Assembly: GCF_006345805.1 (NCBI RefSeq)
Contig: NW_021835539.1
Span: forward strand, 1 to 39,306
Direction of reading: 5' to 3'
DNA: 39,306 nucleotides
DNA from: Octopus sinensis
Taxonomy: Eukaryota
Every line of letters begins with the position of its first letter. Position 1 is the first letter of the stretch. The notes under the pieces are model-generated. The model made no database searches. It had not been told where the DNA came from and was given only the letters and a program-made list of their open reading frames with translations. The translations under genes and the position numbers were made by a program. Below, piece after piece: positions 1-12,601 of the stretch.

Positions 1-3000
1 GAGTGAGAGAGAGGAAAGAAGGATAAAGAAAACGAGAGGAGAAAGAACAAAGAAGGAGAAAAAAAGCGAACGAGCGAGGGAAAAGAAAGAGAGAGAAGCA
101 GAGAACGAGAGAAATGAAAGTGTGACAGACAGAAGATGATAAAACGAAAACGAGAGGGAGAAAAGAAGAGAAAAAAGAGAACGAGCGAGAAAAGAAAGAG
201 AGAAAAGAAGCAGAAAAGAAAGAGAGAAATGAAAGATGACAGACAGGAAGAAGGATAAAAAGAAAACGAGAGGGAGGAAAGAAGGAGAAAAAAGCGAGGA
301 GAGGAGAGAGCGAGAAAAGAAAGAGAGAGAGAGAAAAGATACGAGAGTAAGAAAGAGAGATAGAATGAAAGAGGTGAGATGGAGGAAAAGGATCAAAAGG
401 AATAAAGGGAGAAGAAGGAGAAAAAAGCGAGAGAGAGAGAAGAGAAAAGAAGAGAGAGAAAGAAAGAAAAGAGAGGAAGAACGAGAGAGAAATGAAGATT
501 TGAGATAGAGGAAAGAAGGATATATAAAAATAAAACAAGAGGGAGAAAGAGGAGAAAAAAAGTGAGAGAGCGAGAAAGGAATGAGAGAGGAGGAAAGAAG
601 CGAGAGAGAAGAAAGAGAGAAATGAAATAGTGAGAGAGAAGGAAGATGAAAAAAGAAAACGAGAGGGAGGAAAGAAGAGAGAGAGAAAAGCGAGAATGAG
701 CGAGAAAAGAAAGAGAGAGAGAAAGAAACGAGAGAAAGAAGAGAGAATTGAAAGAGCGAGAGAGAGGACAAAGGATTGAAAGTAAATGAGAGGAAAAAAG
801 AGAGAAATGAAAGAGTGAGGGAGAGGAAGAAGGATAAATAGTAAACGAGAGGGAGAAAGAAGGAGAGAAAAGCGAACGAGCGAGAAAAGAAAGAGAGAGA
901 GGAAGAAAGAGAGAAATGAAAGAATGAGAGAGAGGAAGGAGAAAAAGAAAACGAGAGGGAGAAAGAAGGAGAAAGGATAGAGAGAGAAAAAGAAACGAGA
1001 GAAAGAAAGAGAGAAATGAAAGTGTGAGAGAGAGGAAGAAGGATGAAAAGAAGACGAGAGGGAGAAAGAAGGAGAACAAAGCGAGAGAGCGAGAAAAGAA
1101 AGAGAGAGAGAAAAAGAAATGAGAGGCAGAAAGAGAGAAATGAAAGAGTGAAAGAGAGGAAGAAGGATAAAAAGAAAACGAGAGGGAGGAAGAAGGAGAA
1201 AAAAGCGAGAGTGCAAGGAAAGAAAGAGAGATAGACAAAGAAATGAGAGGAAGAAAGAGCAGAAGAAAGGGAGTGAGAAAGAGAGAATGATAATGAAGAA
1301 ATGAGAGAGTAAGAGAGAACAGACAAAGAAAACGAGCGAAAGAGAGAAAAGAAAAAGATAGAGAGAGATAGAGAAAGGAAACAGAGGGAGAAAGAGGGAA
1401 AAGGAAAAGATAAAGAGAGATAGGGAGAAGGAAAACCAGAAAATAAAAAGAGAGAGAAAAGAAGCAAAGAGGGAGTGAGTGAGAAAGATAGAAAAAATTG
1501 AAAGGGGAGAGAGAGGAAGAGAGAAGATGGAAAATGAGAGAAGAAAAAGGTACTGAGAGAAATAAAGAGAGAAGAAAAGGGAGAGAGGAAGAGGAAGAAA
1601 GAGGAAAAACAAACACTGAAAGAGAGAGAATGAGAGAAAGAGAGGGATAAAAGAGACGAAAGGAAAGATAAAGAGAATGAGAGAAAAGAAAGAGGGGATA
1701 AGAGAGAAAAAAAAAGGGAGAAGGCAGAGAAGAGAGGAGAGAAAAGAAAAAGTAAGCCCTTAAGGGAGAGGAGAAAAGAAAAACGGGAAAGAAGAGGGAA
1801 AGGAAAGGACAAAGAGACTGAAAGAAAGAGAGAGGGAGAGAGGAAGAGAGAAAAGGAAATTGAGAGAGTGAGAGGAGAGAGAAGAGAAAAAATTGCCAGA
1901 GAAATGAGATAACAGAGAGAAAGAGGAAGAGAGGAAAGAAAGAGATAGGAGGAAGAGGTAAAAGAAAAGGGAGAGATAAAGAAGAGAGAATAGAAAAAGA
2001 GAGAGAAAAGTAAGCAGGAGAGAAAGGTAAAAGAGTGGGGGAGAGAGAAGAGAGAAGAGAAAAGAGGAGGGGGAGAAAGAAGGAGGGAAAAGGGGAAAAG
2101 AAGTGTGAGAGATAAGAATAGGAGAGGAAGAGAAAAAGAGAAAAGAGACAGAGAGGGAAAGAGGGGAATATAGGAGAGAAAAGAGAGTGGGAAATAGAGA
2201 GAGAGGGAAGAAAGATACAAAAGAGAGGGCGAGAGAGTAATAAAAGAAAAGAGAGAGAGAAAAAAGTTTAAGAAATGAGAGAGAAAGAGAGAACAAAGAG
2301 TGAAGAGAATAGAGGAGATGAAAGATAGAAATAAAATGAGAAGTGAGTGAGAGAAGAAGAAAGAGAGAGGAAAGGGAGAGAGAGAAGAAAAGAGGAAAAA
2401 GAGAAAAGGAGATCAAAGGAAAGAGAGACAGTAAAAGAGAAAGAGAAGTAAAGAAGAAAGGGCAAAGAGAAGCACAGAGGAGAAAAAAGAGAGAAAGAGA
2501 TAAAAGTAAAAGAGAGAAGAGAGATGAAAAGAAAAAGGTTGGGTGAAAGAGAGAAAAGGAGGAATAGTGAAGAGACAGAGAGAGAAAGAACGAAAAAAGG
2601 TAATAGAGAGAGAGAGAAAGAAAGAAAATGGAAAAAGAGAGAAAGAATGTAAGGAATAGAAAGAGAAAGAAATGAAAGAGAGAGAGAGATACGGAGAGAA
2701 AAGAGAGAAATTGAAAAATAGAGAAAGAGAAAGATAGAGAGAAAGAGAAAAGAAGAAAAAGAGAAAGAGGAAGGAAATGGAGAGAGAAAGAGAGAAAAGA
2801 AAATGGGAAAAGAGAAGAAAAGAAAGAGAGAGAGAGAGTAAAGAGACACGGAGAGAAAAGAGAAAGAAAGACAGAGAAGGAGAAGGGAAAGAGAGAGAAA
2901 GTGAGAAAAGAAAGAGAAGGAAAGAAATGAAAGAGGGAGATAGAGAGAGAAAGAAGTAGAGAAAGAGGAAAGAAAACGAGAAAGAGAATGAGAGACAAAG

Positions 3001-3345
3001 AGAGAAAAGAGAGAGAGAGTAAAAGAGATACGGAGGAGAGGAGAAAGAAAGAGAGAGAGAAAAAGGGAAAGAGGGAGTAGAGAGAAAGATGGAGAGAAAG
3101 AGGAAAGAAAACGAGAGAAAGAGAGTGAGAGACAAAGGAGAAAAGAGAGAGAGAGAGTAAATGAGACACGGAAGAGGAGAAAGAAAGAGAGAGAGAAGAA
3201 AAAGGGGAAAGAGAGAGAAAGTGAGGAAAGAAAGAAGTATAGGAATGAAAGAGGGAGATAGAGAGAGAAAGAAGGAGTGAGAGAAAGAAAGAGGAAAGAA
3301 AACGAGAAAGAGAGACAAAGAGAGAAAAGAGAGAGAGAGAGAGAG
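1..3345. repeat. Polypurine (A/G-rich) degenerate minisatellite / low-complexity tract, intronic
   Basis: Almost all A/G on the + strand. Motif aaaacgagagggag...aaaagcga...gagaaatgaaag recurs about every 105-125 bp in 1-1260. A second motif (gagagtaaagagacacggag / gaggaaagaaaacgagaaagag) recurs every ~140-190 bp in 2600-3345. Confidence 0.9.
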
Positions 3346-3394
3346 AGAAAATGGAATTTCTCTATTTCACATGTCCTCACTTTCTTCATTACAG

Positions 3395-3550
3395 ATTAAT
3401 AAACCTATTGAAGGATTGGGACGAACTCCTTTAATGATTGCCTCTGAAGTGGGCGCCGATAGAAGAATCATCGACATTTTGATAGACGCAGGAAGCCAAA
3501 TCGGAGCGAAAGACTATTGGTTGTACAGCTTTGCATTGGGCTGTGTTTGG
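3395..3550 (+). CDS. Exon A, ankyrin repeats: INKPIEGLGRTPLMIASEVGADRRIIDILIDAGSQIGAKDY-x-GCTALHWAVFG (frameshift near 3518)
   Basis: Acceptor ttcttcattacag ends 3394; donor gtaagt at 3551. Ankyrin motifs GRTPLMIA and GCTALHWA lie in different frames. The second frame ends in phase 2, matching the next exon. Confidence 0.88.
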
Positions 3551-3756
3551 GTAAGTTGAGAATCAAGTAAAATCTGCAGATGTGTTTTTGTTTGTAAATT
3601 TGTTGCAATTGCAGACACAGGTTCAATATCCAAACAGGCCAGAGTTGTGGGACAACATCACAACAGCAGACTAGCAAACAACAACAACAACAACAACAAG
3701 CTTCTCTTTAGTCATCGATCCAAGTCATTAGTCATTATTCAATCATAACAATCCCG

Positions 3757-4616
3757 ATGATGATGATGATAACGGCGATGATGATGACGATGACGGTATT
3801 GATGATGTCGACCATCATGATGATGTTGTTGATGATGTTGATGATAATGATGGAGGTGGTGATGATGATGATGTCGATCATGATGATGGTGTTGTTGATG
3901 TTGTTGATGATGGAGGCGATGATGGTGATGATGATGATGATGATGATGATGATTATATGATGTCGCTGATGATGTTGATTATGATTATAGTGGCGACGAA
4001 TGATGATGAAGACGATGGTGGTGGCAATGAGGGGGATGATGACGATGATGATGATGATTATGATTATACTGATGATAATGATAACGACGATGATGAGGAT
4101 AACAACAATGATGATTATGATGATGTTGATGATGATGATGATAATGATAATGATGATGATGATGATAACGACGACGATGATGATGATGATTATGATGATG
4201 ACGATGATAACCCGATGATGAAGCTGATGAAGTGATGGTGTTGATGATGATGATGATCATGATAACGACGATGATGAAGATGATGATGATGTGATGGGAT
4301 GATGATGATTATGATGATGTGACGATAATGATGATGATGACGACCATGATGATGATGATGATGATAACGACGATGATGAAGATGATGTAGATGTTGATAA
4401 TAATGATGATGATGATGATGGTGATGATAATGATGATGATGATGATAATGATGATGTTGATGATGATGATGACGACGATGATTATTATGATGATTATCGT
4501 GATGATGACGATGATGATGATGATGATGATTATGATGTTATTATTATGATGATGATGATGATAATGATTATGATGTGATGTGATGATGAGGTTGATCTTG
4601 CTGTTGATGATGGTGT

Positions 4617-4649
<33 letters not shown>

Positions 4650-5090
4650 CGATGATGATGGTGATGATGATGATGATGATGATGATAATGATGATGATGA
4701 TGATGATGATATTGATTATGATGATATTGGAGATGTTGAAGATGATAATGATGATGATGGTGTTGGCAATGAGGGTGATGATGATGAAGGCTTTGATGAT
4801 GATGATGATGATGATTTTGTCAATGATGGAGGTGGTGGCAATGATGATGATGGTAATGATGTTGATGAACATATTGATGATAATAGTGCAGGTGATGAAG
4901 ATGGTGATGATGATGATGGCGATGATGATGATGGCGATGATGGCGATGATGATGATGGCGATGATGATGATGATGATTTTGTCAATGATGGAGGTGGTGG
5001 CAATGATGATGATGGTAATGATGTTGATGAACACGATATTGATGATAATAGTGCAGGTGATAATGATGATGATGATGATGACGATAATGT
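3757..5090. repeat. Degenerate (GAT)n trinucleotide tract
   Basis: ~1.3 kb of GAT/GAC/AAT/GTT variants; source of the poly-M/D/I/H ORFs in the track. Confidence 0.95.
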
Positions 5091-5159
5091 TTCGTCTCAA
5101 AGCCAAAATATTTTCATATTTAATGTAAATTAGTCAATGTTTCTATCTTTTACTCTCAG

Positions 5160-5205
5160 TGGTCGACCTCATCCTGTGGAGATCTTACTATCTCGGGGCA
5201 GTGAG
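5160..5205 (+). CDS. Exon B (46 nt), ankyrin second helix: (G)GRPHPVEILLSRGSE
   Basis: Acceptor tttactctcag ends 5159; donor gtaagt at 5206. Phase 2 in, phase 0 out; completes the repeat TALHWAVFG-GRPHPVEILLSRGSE. Confidence 0.85.
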
Positions 5206-5559
5206 GTAAGTATCTTATTTATATCCTTTCGTATGTTCTACTGAAGACGAAAGAATCTATTATGAGATTAATTTCGAAATTGATTCAATATAGAAATAAC
5301 GAACTTTTTAAAAAACATTCTATCGTCCGGCTTTCCCCGATTTCAGTTCTTCGTGTTTTTTTTTCTGTAGCGAGTAAATAATATGTGGAAATTGACGATT
5401 TAAAAGTCTCTTATCAGCAAATTGTCATTGAAATACTTTTCTTTAGCCCTTATTTATAAGTTGTTTATAATTTAACAGTAAAGTTATTTTAATATGCTGC
5501 CACATTTTTTGATGGAATATTTTTCTGTAAAAAAAACTTCATCCTATATTAGTATGTAT

Positions 5560-5591
<32 letters not shown>

Positions 5592-5822
5592 GCAAAAACT
5601 GTCTGATGAACGGCAACGAGAAACTCAGAGTAACAGATTTTGTTGAATTTTCTGCTGCTTTAAATAAAGTATATATATATATATATATATTAGTATATTA
5701 TATATATATATAATATATATATATATATACATACATACATATATATATATATAAATATGTATGCACACGTATATATGAGTATGTACACACACCCACACAC
5801 ACACACACACACACACACATAC

Positions 5823-5857
<35 letters not shown>

Positions 5858-6090
5858 CTTCTTGAGCCCCCGTATTTTCCCCCATATCTTTCTGGTGTTT
5901 TCTACTTTTTAATGATAATCATTGATTTTCGATGACGATTATGTTGAGAAAACGGAAGCATTTGATTAGTTTCAAGCCAATCACAACTCCAGACATAATT
6001 GTTGATTAAGACATTGAAAGGGATGGGTTTTCAGAAAATTTCATTAAGAAATGTTTATATTAAAAAGCTTCATGAGGAACATACAACAAC

Positions 6091-6137
<47 letters not shown>

Positions 6138-6140
<3 letters not shown>

Positions 6141-6540
6141 CACAAGAATGGCTGTGTGGTAAGTCGCTTGCTTACAAACCACATGGTTCCGGGTTCAGTC
6201 CCACTTGGACAAGTGTCTTGTACTTTAGCCTCGGGCCGACCAAAGCCTTGTGAGTGGATTTGGTAGACGGAAACTGGAAGAAGCCCGTCCTATATATGTA
6301 TATATATAATATTTATATATATATATTGTTGTGTGTTGAGTGTGCGTGTTTGTTACTCACCGTCGCTTGACAACCGATGCTGGTGTGTTACGCCCCCGTA
6401 ACTTAGCGGTTCGGCAAAGAGATCGATAGAATAAGTACTAGACTTACAAAGAATAAGTCCTGGTCGCAATTTCCTCGACTAAATGTGGTGCGCCATCATG
6501 GCCACAGTCAAATGATGGAAACAAGCAAAAGAGTAAAAAA
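6138..6540 (+). mobile_element. tRNA-derived SINE with internal (TA)/(TG) microsatellite (octopus OK/OR-type)
   Basis: A-box-like TGGCTGTGTGG and B-box-like GGTTCAGTCCC; body ...gtgagtggatttggtagacggaaactg...; 3' part cgcttgacaaccgatgctggtgtg...gaaacaagcaaaagag. Homologous copies at 6619, 8944 and 15311. Confidence 0.85.
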
Positions 6541-6571
6541 GATCTACTTACACACACACACACACACACAC

Positions 6572-6609
<38 letters not shown>

Positions 6610-6618
6610 AGTGAGAGA

Positions 6619-7105
6619 GTCGCAGGTGTGGCTGTGTGGTAAGTAACTTGCTTACCAACCACATGGTTCCCGGTTAATTTTCACTGCATGGCAAAATGTA
6701 CAAGTGTCTTCTGCTACAGCCCGGGCTGAGCAAAACTTGTGAGTGGATTTGGTAGATGGAGACTGAAAGAAGCCCGTCGTAGTATATATATATATAAATA
6801 TGTATAAATCTATATATATGTGTGTGTGTGTTGTGTGTGTTACATATATATATATATGCATATGAGTTTGTGTATGTGTGTGTGTGTTATGTGTGTCTGT
6901 GTGTACGTGCTGTGTTGTGTGTCGTGGGTTTGTCCCCCAACATCGCTTGACAACCGATGCTGGTGTGTTTACGTCCCCGTAAACTAGCATTTCTGCAAAA
7001 GAAATGAATAAAATAAGTACTAGGCTTACTGGGGTCGATTTGCTCGACTAACGACAGTGCTCCAGCATGGCCACATTCACATGACTGAAACAAATGAAAG
7101 AATAA
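6619..7105 (+). mobile_element. Second copy of the same tRNA-derived SINE, in tandem
   Basis: Same head (tggctgtgtggtaagt..cttgcttaccaaccacatggttcc), internal microsatellite and 3' domain as 6138-6540. Confidence 0.85.
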
Positions 7106-7469
7106 ATTAAAAATGTAACTTTGAACACACACACACGCAAACACACACACATATATACACACACACATATATACACACACACACATTTTGCTGCTATATG
7201 TGTTATTTATTGAGTTATTCATCTATATGCGTGTGTTGTGTGTGTGTGTTGTATAAATATATTATATGCACATATGTATGTGTGTATACGCGTGTGTGTA
7301 TATACAATAGAAATCTCCATTACCTACTCCCCACCCCAATCATTCCACCTGTTTAATTAATTTCATTCCTTCTCTTCTCTTTTCTCTGAGTTTTTCTTTT
7401 ATCTTCACCACCCGACTCCCCTTTCCTTTCAGACACCATTTTTAATGTTTTTATTCTTTTCTTTATCAG

Positions 7470-7624
7470 GTTAATCCACGAGATGAAGATGGTCGCACAC
7501 CGCTGCACTGGGCCTGTAATTGGGGACACTTGCACACTGTCGGCATGTTGTTGGGTCACAATGGCATCGATGCCAATGTTGTGGACAACAATGGAGACAC
7601 ACCACTGCATGAGGCAGTTCGGGG
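7470..7624 (+). CDS. Exon C, ankyrin repeats: VNPRDEDGRTPLHWACNWGHLHTVGMLLGHNGIDANVVDNNGDTPLHEAVRG
   Basis: Acceptor ttttctttatcag ends 7469; donor gtaagt at 7625. 155 nt open frame (phase 0 in, 2 out) with two TPLH motifs. Confidence 0.93.
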
Positions 7625-8177
7625 GTAAGTCCCCATTGGATCTGGAATATCCAAATCTGCTTCTTTTATGTTTTCAATAATGTTTGTTTCTTTTTCATTC
7701 AGTCATTCATGTCATAATCCCACCATGGGGTCATTGTCTTTCTTCTCTCTTTCGCACTGTAATCTACTTTATTAATTAATCATCACCGTAATTGTTATTG
7801 TTGTTGCCTGACTGGACACTTTACTTCATCTCGTTCTCCATTACCTCAACGTCACAGGTTCAAATCCTCTCTCTTCCTCTTTCATCCCATCTAGCACTAC
7901 TTTCTCTCTCTCTCTCTCTCACTCTCTCTTTCTTCCTCCTCTCTCTCTTTGTAGTTTCCCTATTTACTCCGACCCTGGGCTAAATACAGAATCATCCCCT
8001 TACAGTATTTACATTTGTCTTTATGTTCCATGTTCAAATCCTACCAGAATATTTACTATCACTCTGCGGTCAATATAATCTGTACCAGTAATACCCAGGG
8101 GTTCCTTTAATAAACTGTCTTCCTCTTTCTCCAGTTCTTGTTTCTTATTACTTTTGAAGAATAAAATTGTGTTATTT

Positions 8178-8305
8178 TATTTACGACTCTTTACGTTCAG
8201 AGTTCAAATCCTGCCAAGGTCAACTTCTCCTTCCATCTTTGCAAGGTTGATAAAATACAATACCAGTCATGTACTGGGGTTCATATGATTACCTGTAGCC
8301 CTTCT
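8178..8305 (+). mobile_element. Degenerate fragment of a second SINE family (same as 28922-29110)
   Basis: tttacgttcagagttcaaatcctgccaaggtcaact...gataaaatacaataccag...tactggggt resembles the reverse complement of 28990-29105. Confidence 0.55.
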
Positions 8306-8595
8306 TTCCTTCCTAAATTTCATGTTTATATAAGTTGTCAGAATTCTTAGCAGTATTTTTCCTGTCTTTACATTTCTGGGTTTACTCATGTGTGTATATA
8401 TCATTGTTCTACTGTGTAGAGTGTGTATTGAATAAATATATATGTGTGTGTGAGTATGTGTGTAATAATTGCTGTAATTAAGTTATTGTCACCTAATTAC
8501 ATTTGTTTTCTTTAATGACCTAATAACTATTATCTCAAGCTGTGTGATGTTTGTTTTTTTTTTCATGTTTTTCTTTCCACATCCATTACTTTCAG

Positions 8596-8632
8596 GCGAA
8601 AATATAAAGTGGTGTGTGCGATGCTGAAGCAG
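8596..8632 (+). CDS. Exon D (37 nt): (G)RKYKVVCAMLKQ
   Basis: Acceptor ccattactttcag ends 8595; donor gttagt at 8633. Phase 2 in, 0 out; supplies the second helix after TPLHEAVRG. Confidence 0.8.
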
Positions 8633-8943
8633 GTTAGTTAATAAATACATATTATATACACTCTCCAGTATTATATTGATCTGTATAATATAAATATTAT
8701 CAAGGTACCAGTGAAATAATAGCGATAGATTTAATCACATGTACTACAAAACCCTTGTGCTTGTGGAGGAATTGTATATTGATCATGTTGATGTTGATAT
8801 TAGCGGTGTTGACAGTCCAACTGACCACCATCACTGATAATAATATCTTTAATGGTCAAATGAAACTACGTCATTACGAGATGAACCAAAATATAACAGA
8901 CATCATGTGTATATATGTATATACATATATATATATATATATT

Positions 8944-9210
8944 AATTGTTTCAGGCATTTGACTGCGGTCATGCTGGGGCATCACCTTGTATTTTAGTCA
9001 AATGTATCGATCCAGTCCTTTCTTTTATTTAAGCCTATCACTTATCCTCTCAGCCTCTTACCGAACCGCTACACCACACACACACACAAATGCAAACACT
9101 AACTCACACACACACACATACATAGGCACACAATAGACACACACCTGTTATGAAGCTTCTTTCAGTTTTTCATTTCCCAAATCGCCTATAAAATTTGTTC
9201 AGCCCTAGGT
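8944..9210 (-). mobile_element. Degenerate, partial copy of the OK/OR-type SINE
   Basis: tgtttcaggcatttgactgcggtcatgctgg...cttctttcagtttt matches the minus-strand copy at 15311-15752. Confidence 0.6.
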
Positions 9211-9348
9211 AAGGGTAGAATAGAATATACTTGCCTGAGTTTCCCTGCAGAGGGATTCAACGTGGAAGAGTGTATGGCTGGGAAAAATGTTCCTTACACT
9301 ACACCATGTATATAGGATGTGTGTGTCTATCTATTCTTTCTTTTTCTA

Positions 9349-9349
<1 letters not shown>

Positions 9350-9379
<30 letters not shown>

Positions 9380-9655
9380 TTATCTATCTATCTATCTATC
9401 TATCTACTATCTATCTATCTATCTATCTATCTGTCTGTCTGTCTCTCTATCTCTCACTCTGTTTGTCTATCTATCTATCTCTCTCTCATCTATCTATCTG
9501 TCTACTATCTATCTATCTATCTATCTGTCTGTGTGTCTGTCTCTCTATCTCTCTCTCTGCCTATCTATCTATCTATCTATCTACCTATCTATCTATCTAT
9601 CTATCTATCATCTATCTATCTATCTATCTGTCTGTCTGTCTCTTATCTCTCTCTG

Positions 9656-9720
<65 letters not shown>

Positions 9721-9868
9721 TATTATCTATCTATCTGTCTGTCTGTCTGTCTCTCTATGTCTCTCTCTGTCTATCTATCTATCTTTCTATCTATCATTAT
9801 CTATCTATCTATCTATCTATCTATCATCTATCTATCATCTATCTACTATATTATATATATATATATAT

Positions 9869-9907
<39 letters not shown>

Positions 9908-9935
9908 CTATATATTATATATGTATATATACAGA
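9350..9935. repeat. Compound (CT)n/(TATC)n/(TGTC)n/(TA)n microsatellite
   Basis: Direct inspection; explains the YLSI-repeat ORFs at 9231-10061. Confidence 0.95.
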
Positions 9936-10796
9936 TCATCATCATCATCATACTTGCTTGGCCCGATAGATTATATTGAGGCAAATTTCCTGCAGCTGGA
10001 TGCTCCCCTATCGCCAACCTTCTCCTCTTCTTTCAAGGAAACAACATTTGCCAAGAACTAGACATGTTCCCGCAGAATGTTGGAAATAAGAGACCCTGCT
10101 TATATGACAGTGGCACTCATTTACAACTATACACAGATGTCAAGACAAAGAGACACTCACACACACACAAGCGTATACGCACTCACATATAAGATGAATA
10201 CTCATATATATATATATATACATACAACACAATGAAGTCTGTGTGTGTCTGTGCGTATATATATGTATGGATATATACATACATACACATATATATATAT
10301 GCAGATATATATATATATGTGTGTGTGTGGTGTGTGTGTGTCTATGCATTGGGATATGTATATATTATACGCACACACACACCACAATATATATATACAT
10401 ATAAAGTAAGAAATTATAAGATGAATATATTTCTTCACCAGTTACATCGTTTCACAGAAATTTTTGTGTATGATAAATTCTTTACATGTCTGCATTAGTG
10501 TATAGGTTATAAATCATACAGTGCCATCGTACAATTTACAAAGTAAAACAGGTATAAATGACAAGCACCTCAGTTCATAGAGTATCATGTTTACATCCAT
10601 TCTTCAATGCAATATACATATACAAGAACAGAATTTTATTTTCAAAATATTAATGTATGGAAGACAATAATTTACAAAACAGTTTTTTATAGAAGAGAGA
10701 AGGTGATTTAGTAAGATATCAAAAAGGAAGCAGTAAATATACATACATGCATATACATTATATATAACATATATATATATATATACTTATATATGA

Positions 10797-11323
10797 ATGT
10801 ATATAAAAAATTGGGGTGGTTTATGGGATTACCTGGGTTTCCCATCAATAAAGGGTTAGCTTTGTACCGTATCGAACCCCAAAACCTGTTGGCCTAAGAC
10901 CTCTTCAAAATATGGAAGGAAAAAGCTTGGATTTACGTTTTCTGCAAACGATCCTTTTCAGCTCCCTGGCAAGAGATTATCCCAGTGACCATGTGGTTTC
11001 TATTAAATACCTCACCATTGAAGCGTTTCTACATATTCACTGAAACAACGGGTCTCCCATAAATATTGAAAGAATTTGACCTCGGATACTCCAGCAATAA
11101 CATCCCCACGTCATCCAACGAACTATACACCCGTATGCAGCTGGAAAAGCTATTGGACGGGATTAGGCGTATGAGGTGAACGGCTTTTCCACCCTCCATA
11201 TTTGGAAGAGGTCTTAGGCCAACAGGTTTTGGGGTCTAATGATACGCCTGAAGCTAAATCCTTTTTGGACCGGAAACCAAGGGTAATCCGGAAACCGGCC
11301 TTCCCCAGTTTTAAAATATACAT
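10797..11323. mobile_element. MITE-like element with ~125 bp imperfect terminal inverted repeats
   Basis: 10877-10919 and the reverse complement of 11192-11234 match at 41/43 positions. Similarity extends outward to ATGTATAT..AAAATTGGGG / CCCCAGTTTTAAAATATACAT. No convincing transposase ORF inside. Confidence 0.75.
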
Positions 11324-11484
11324 GCTCTGCATCTTAGAGTGTGCTTCTTCTCCGAATTTATCTTTTCTACAATCAAAACATATATATACATAGATATGTC
11401 ATTATTCAGTTTATTTCAAGATACTTTATTTTCACTTTATGTCAACATCCGCTGCACAGCTAAACTATGCACAGTTTCTCTATG

Positions 11485-11563
11485 TATGTATGTTATGTAT
11501 GTATGTATGTATGTATGTATGTATGTATGTATGTATGTATGTATGTATGTATGTATGTATGTA

Positions 11564-11620
<57 letters not shown>
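11485..11620. repeat. (TATG)n-(TG)n microsatellite
   Basis: Direct inspection. Confidence 0.95.
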
Positions 11621-12114
11621 TTGCACGCACACACTCACACACGTTGTGATATAATTTTCACTTAGTCTACCTCAGGAATTTCACGGTTTTTTGAGTTTTA
11701 TTACAAATGGGGGATTGGGAAATGGAGTATTGACCCATTTTGCATCGGACACTTGTGGGTTGGATACTGTATAATTGGATGTGTTGCATCCTCCAGTGCA
11801 GATGCATCTCTTCTGGTGTCTTGTTTTACAGAAGAAACCTTACTAAATATTCTCGGTTTCGCTTGGCATGATGTTGCCAGGAGGTTGTTGGCTATAATGC
11901 TATAATCCAAGAACCTACTGACAACAACGACATACCAAGCGACACCGAGAACTTTCCCACCTGCAAGGAATCGATGCAACACGGGTCAAACCAATGGTTG
12001 TGATGGATAAATTTTCTCGTGAACTTCATTTTACATATTCCTCATTCAACATATATATTTATATATCCAACAGTAATGTATATAAATCTCTCCCTCTCTC
12101 TCTCTCTTCTCACT

Positions 12115-12169
<55 letters not shown>

Positions 12170-12601
12170 TTGACTGTGTCTCTGTGTATGTGTGTGTGCA
12201 CACGCATTAATTCATGGTGGTGGACACTAACCACCTCAACAGTTTTATGAACCTCTTATTAATTATAGCAACATCAAAAGTATACTTTAGAAATTTTGAT
12301 TCTTCTTTACTAGTCTTGATCTGTTAATCATGTGTTCACTCGTGTTCAGCTCCCCTAAAGCTTACTATAGTTAGGAAGAAAGGTAGATTAAGCTGAAACA
12401 ATCTATTTAGGACATCTTTATCCTGTCTAGAACACATTCTCATAGCAACATCTAGAGGATCTTACGAAGGTGATTTTACGGGCAAACATCAAATGTACAT
12501 GATCAGTTTGATCAAGTATACAGTAGAAGACAATAATGACACATTGATATCCATCCTGATTTTCATGTAAATTTTCATTTTCTATTTTTACTTCCACAAA
12601 G

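Noticed and set aside
236-3389. Long ORFs (up to 469 aa; L/S/F-rich or R/K/E-rich)
   Set aside because: Stop-free translations of the polypurine tract; no domain or codon structure; intronic to the ANK gene.
3757-5128. Poly-M, poly-D, poly-I and poly-H ORFs
   Set aside because: Frames of the (GAT)n microsatellite.
9231-10061. YLSI-repeat ORFs
   Set aside because: Frames of (TATC)n.
11701-11982. 93-aa minus-strand ORF
   Set aside because: No recognisable motif or splice context.
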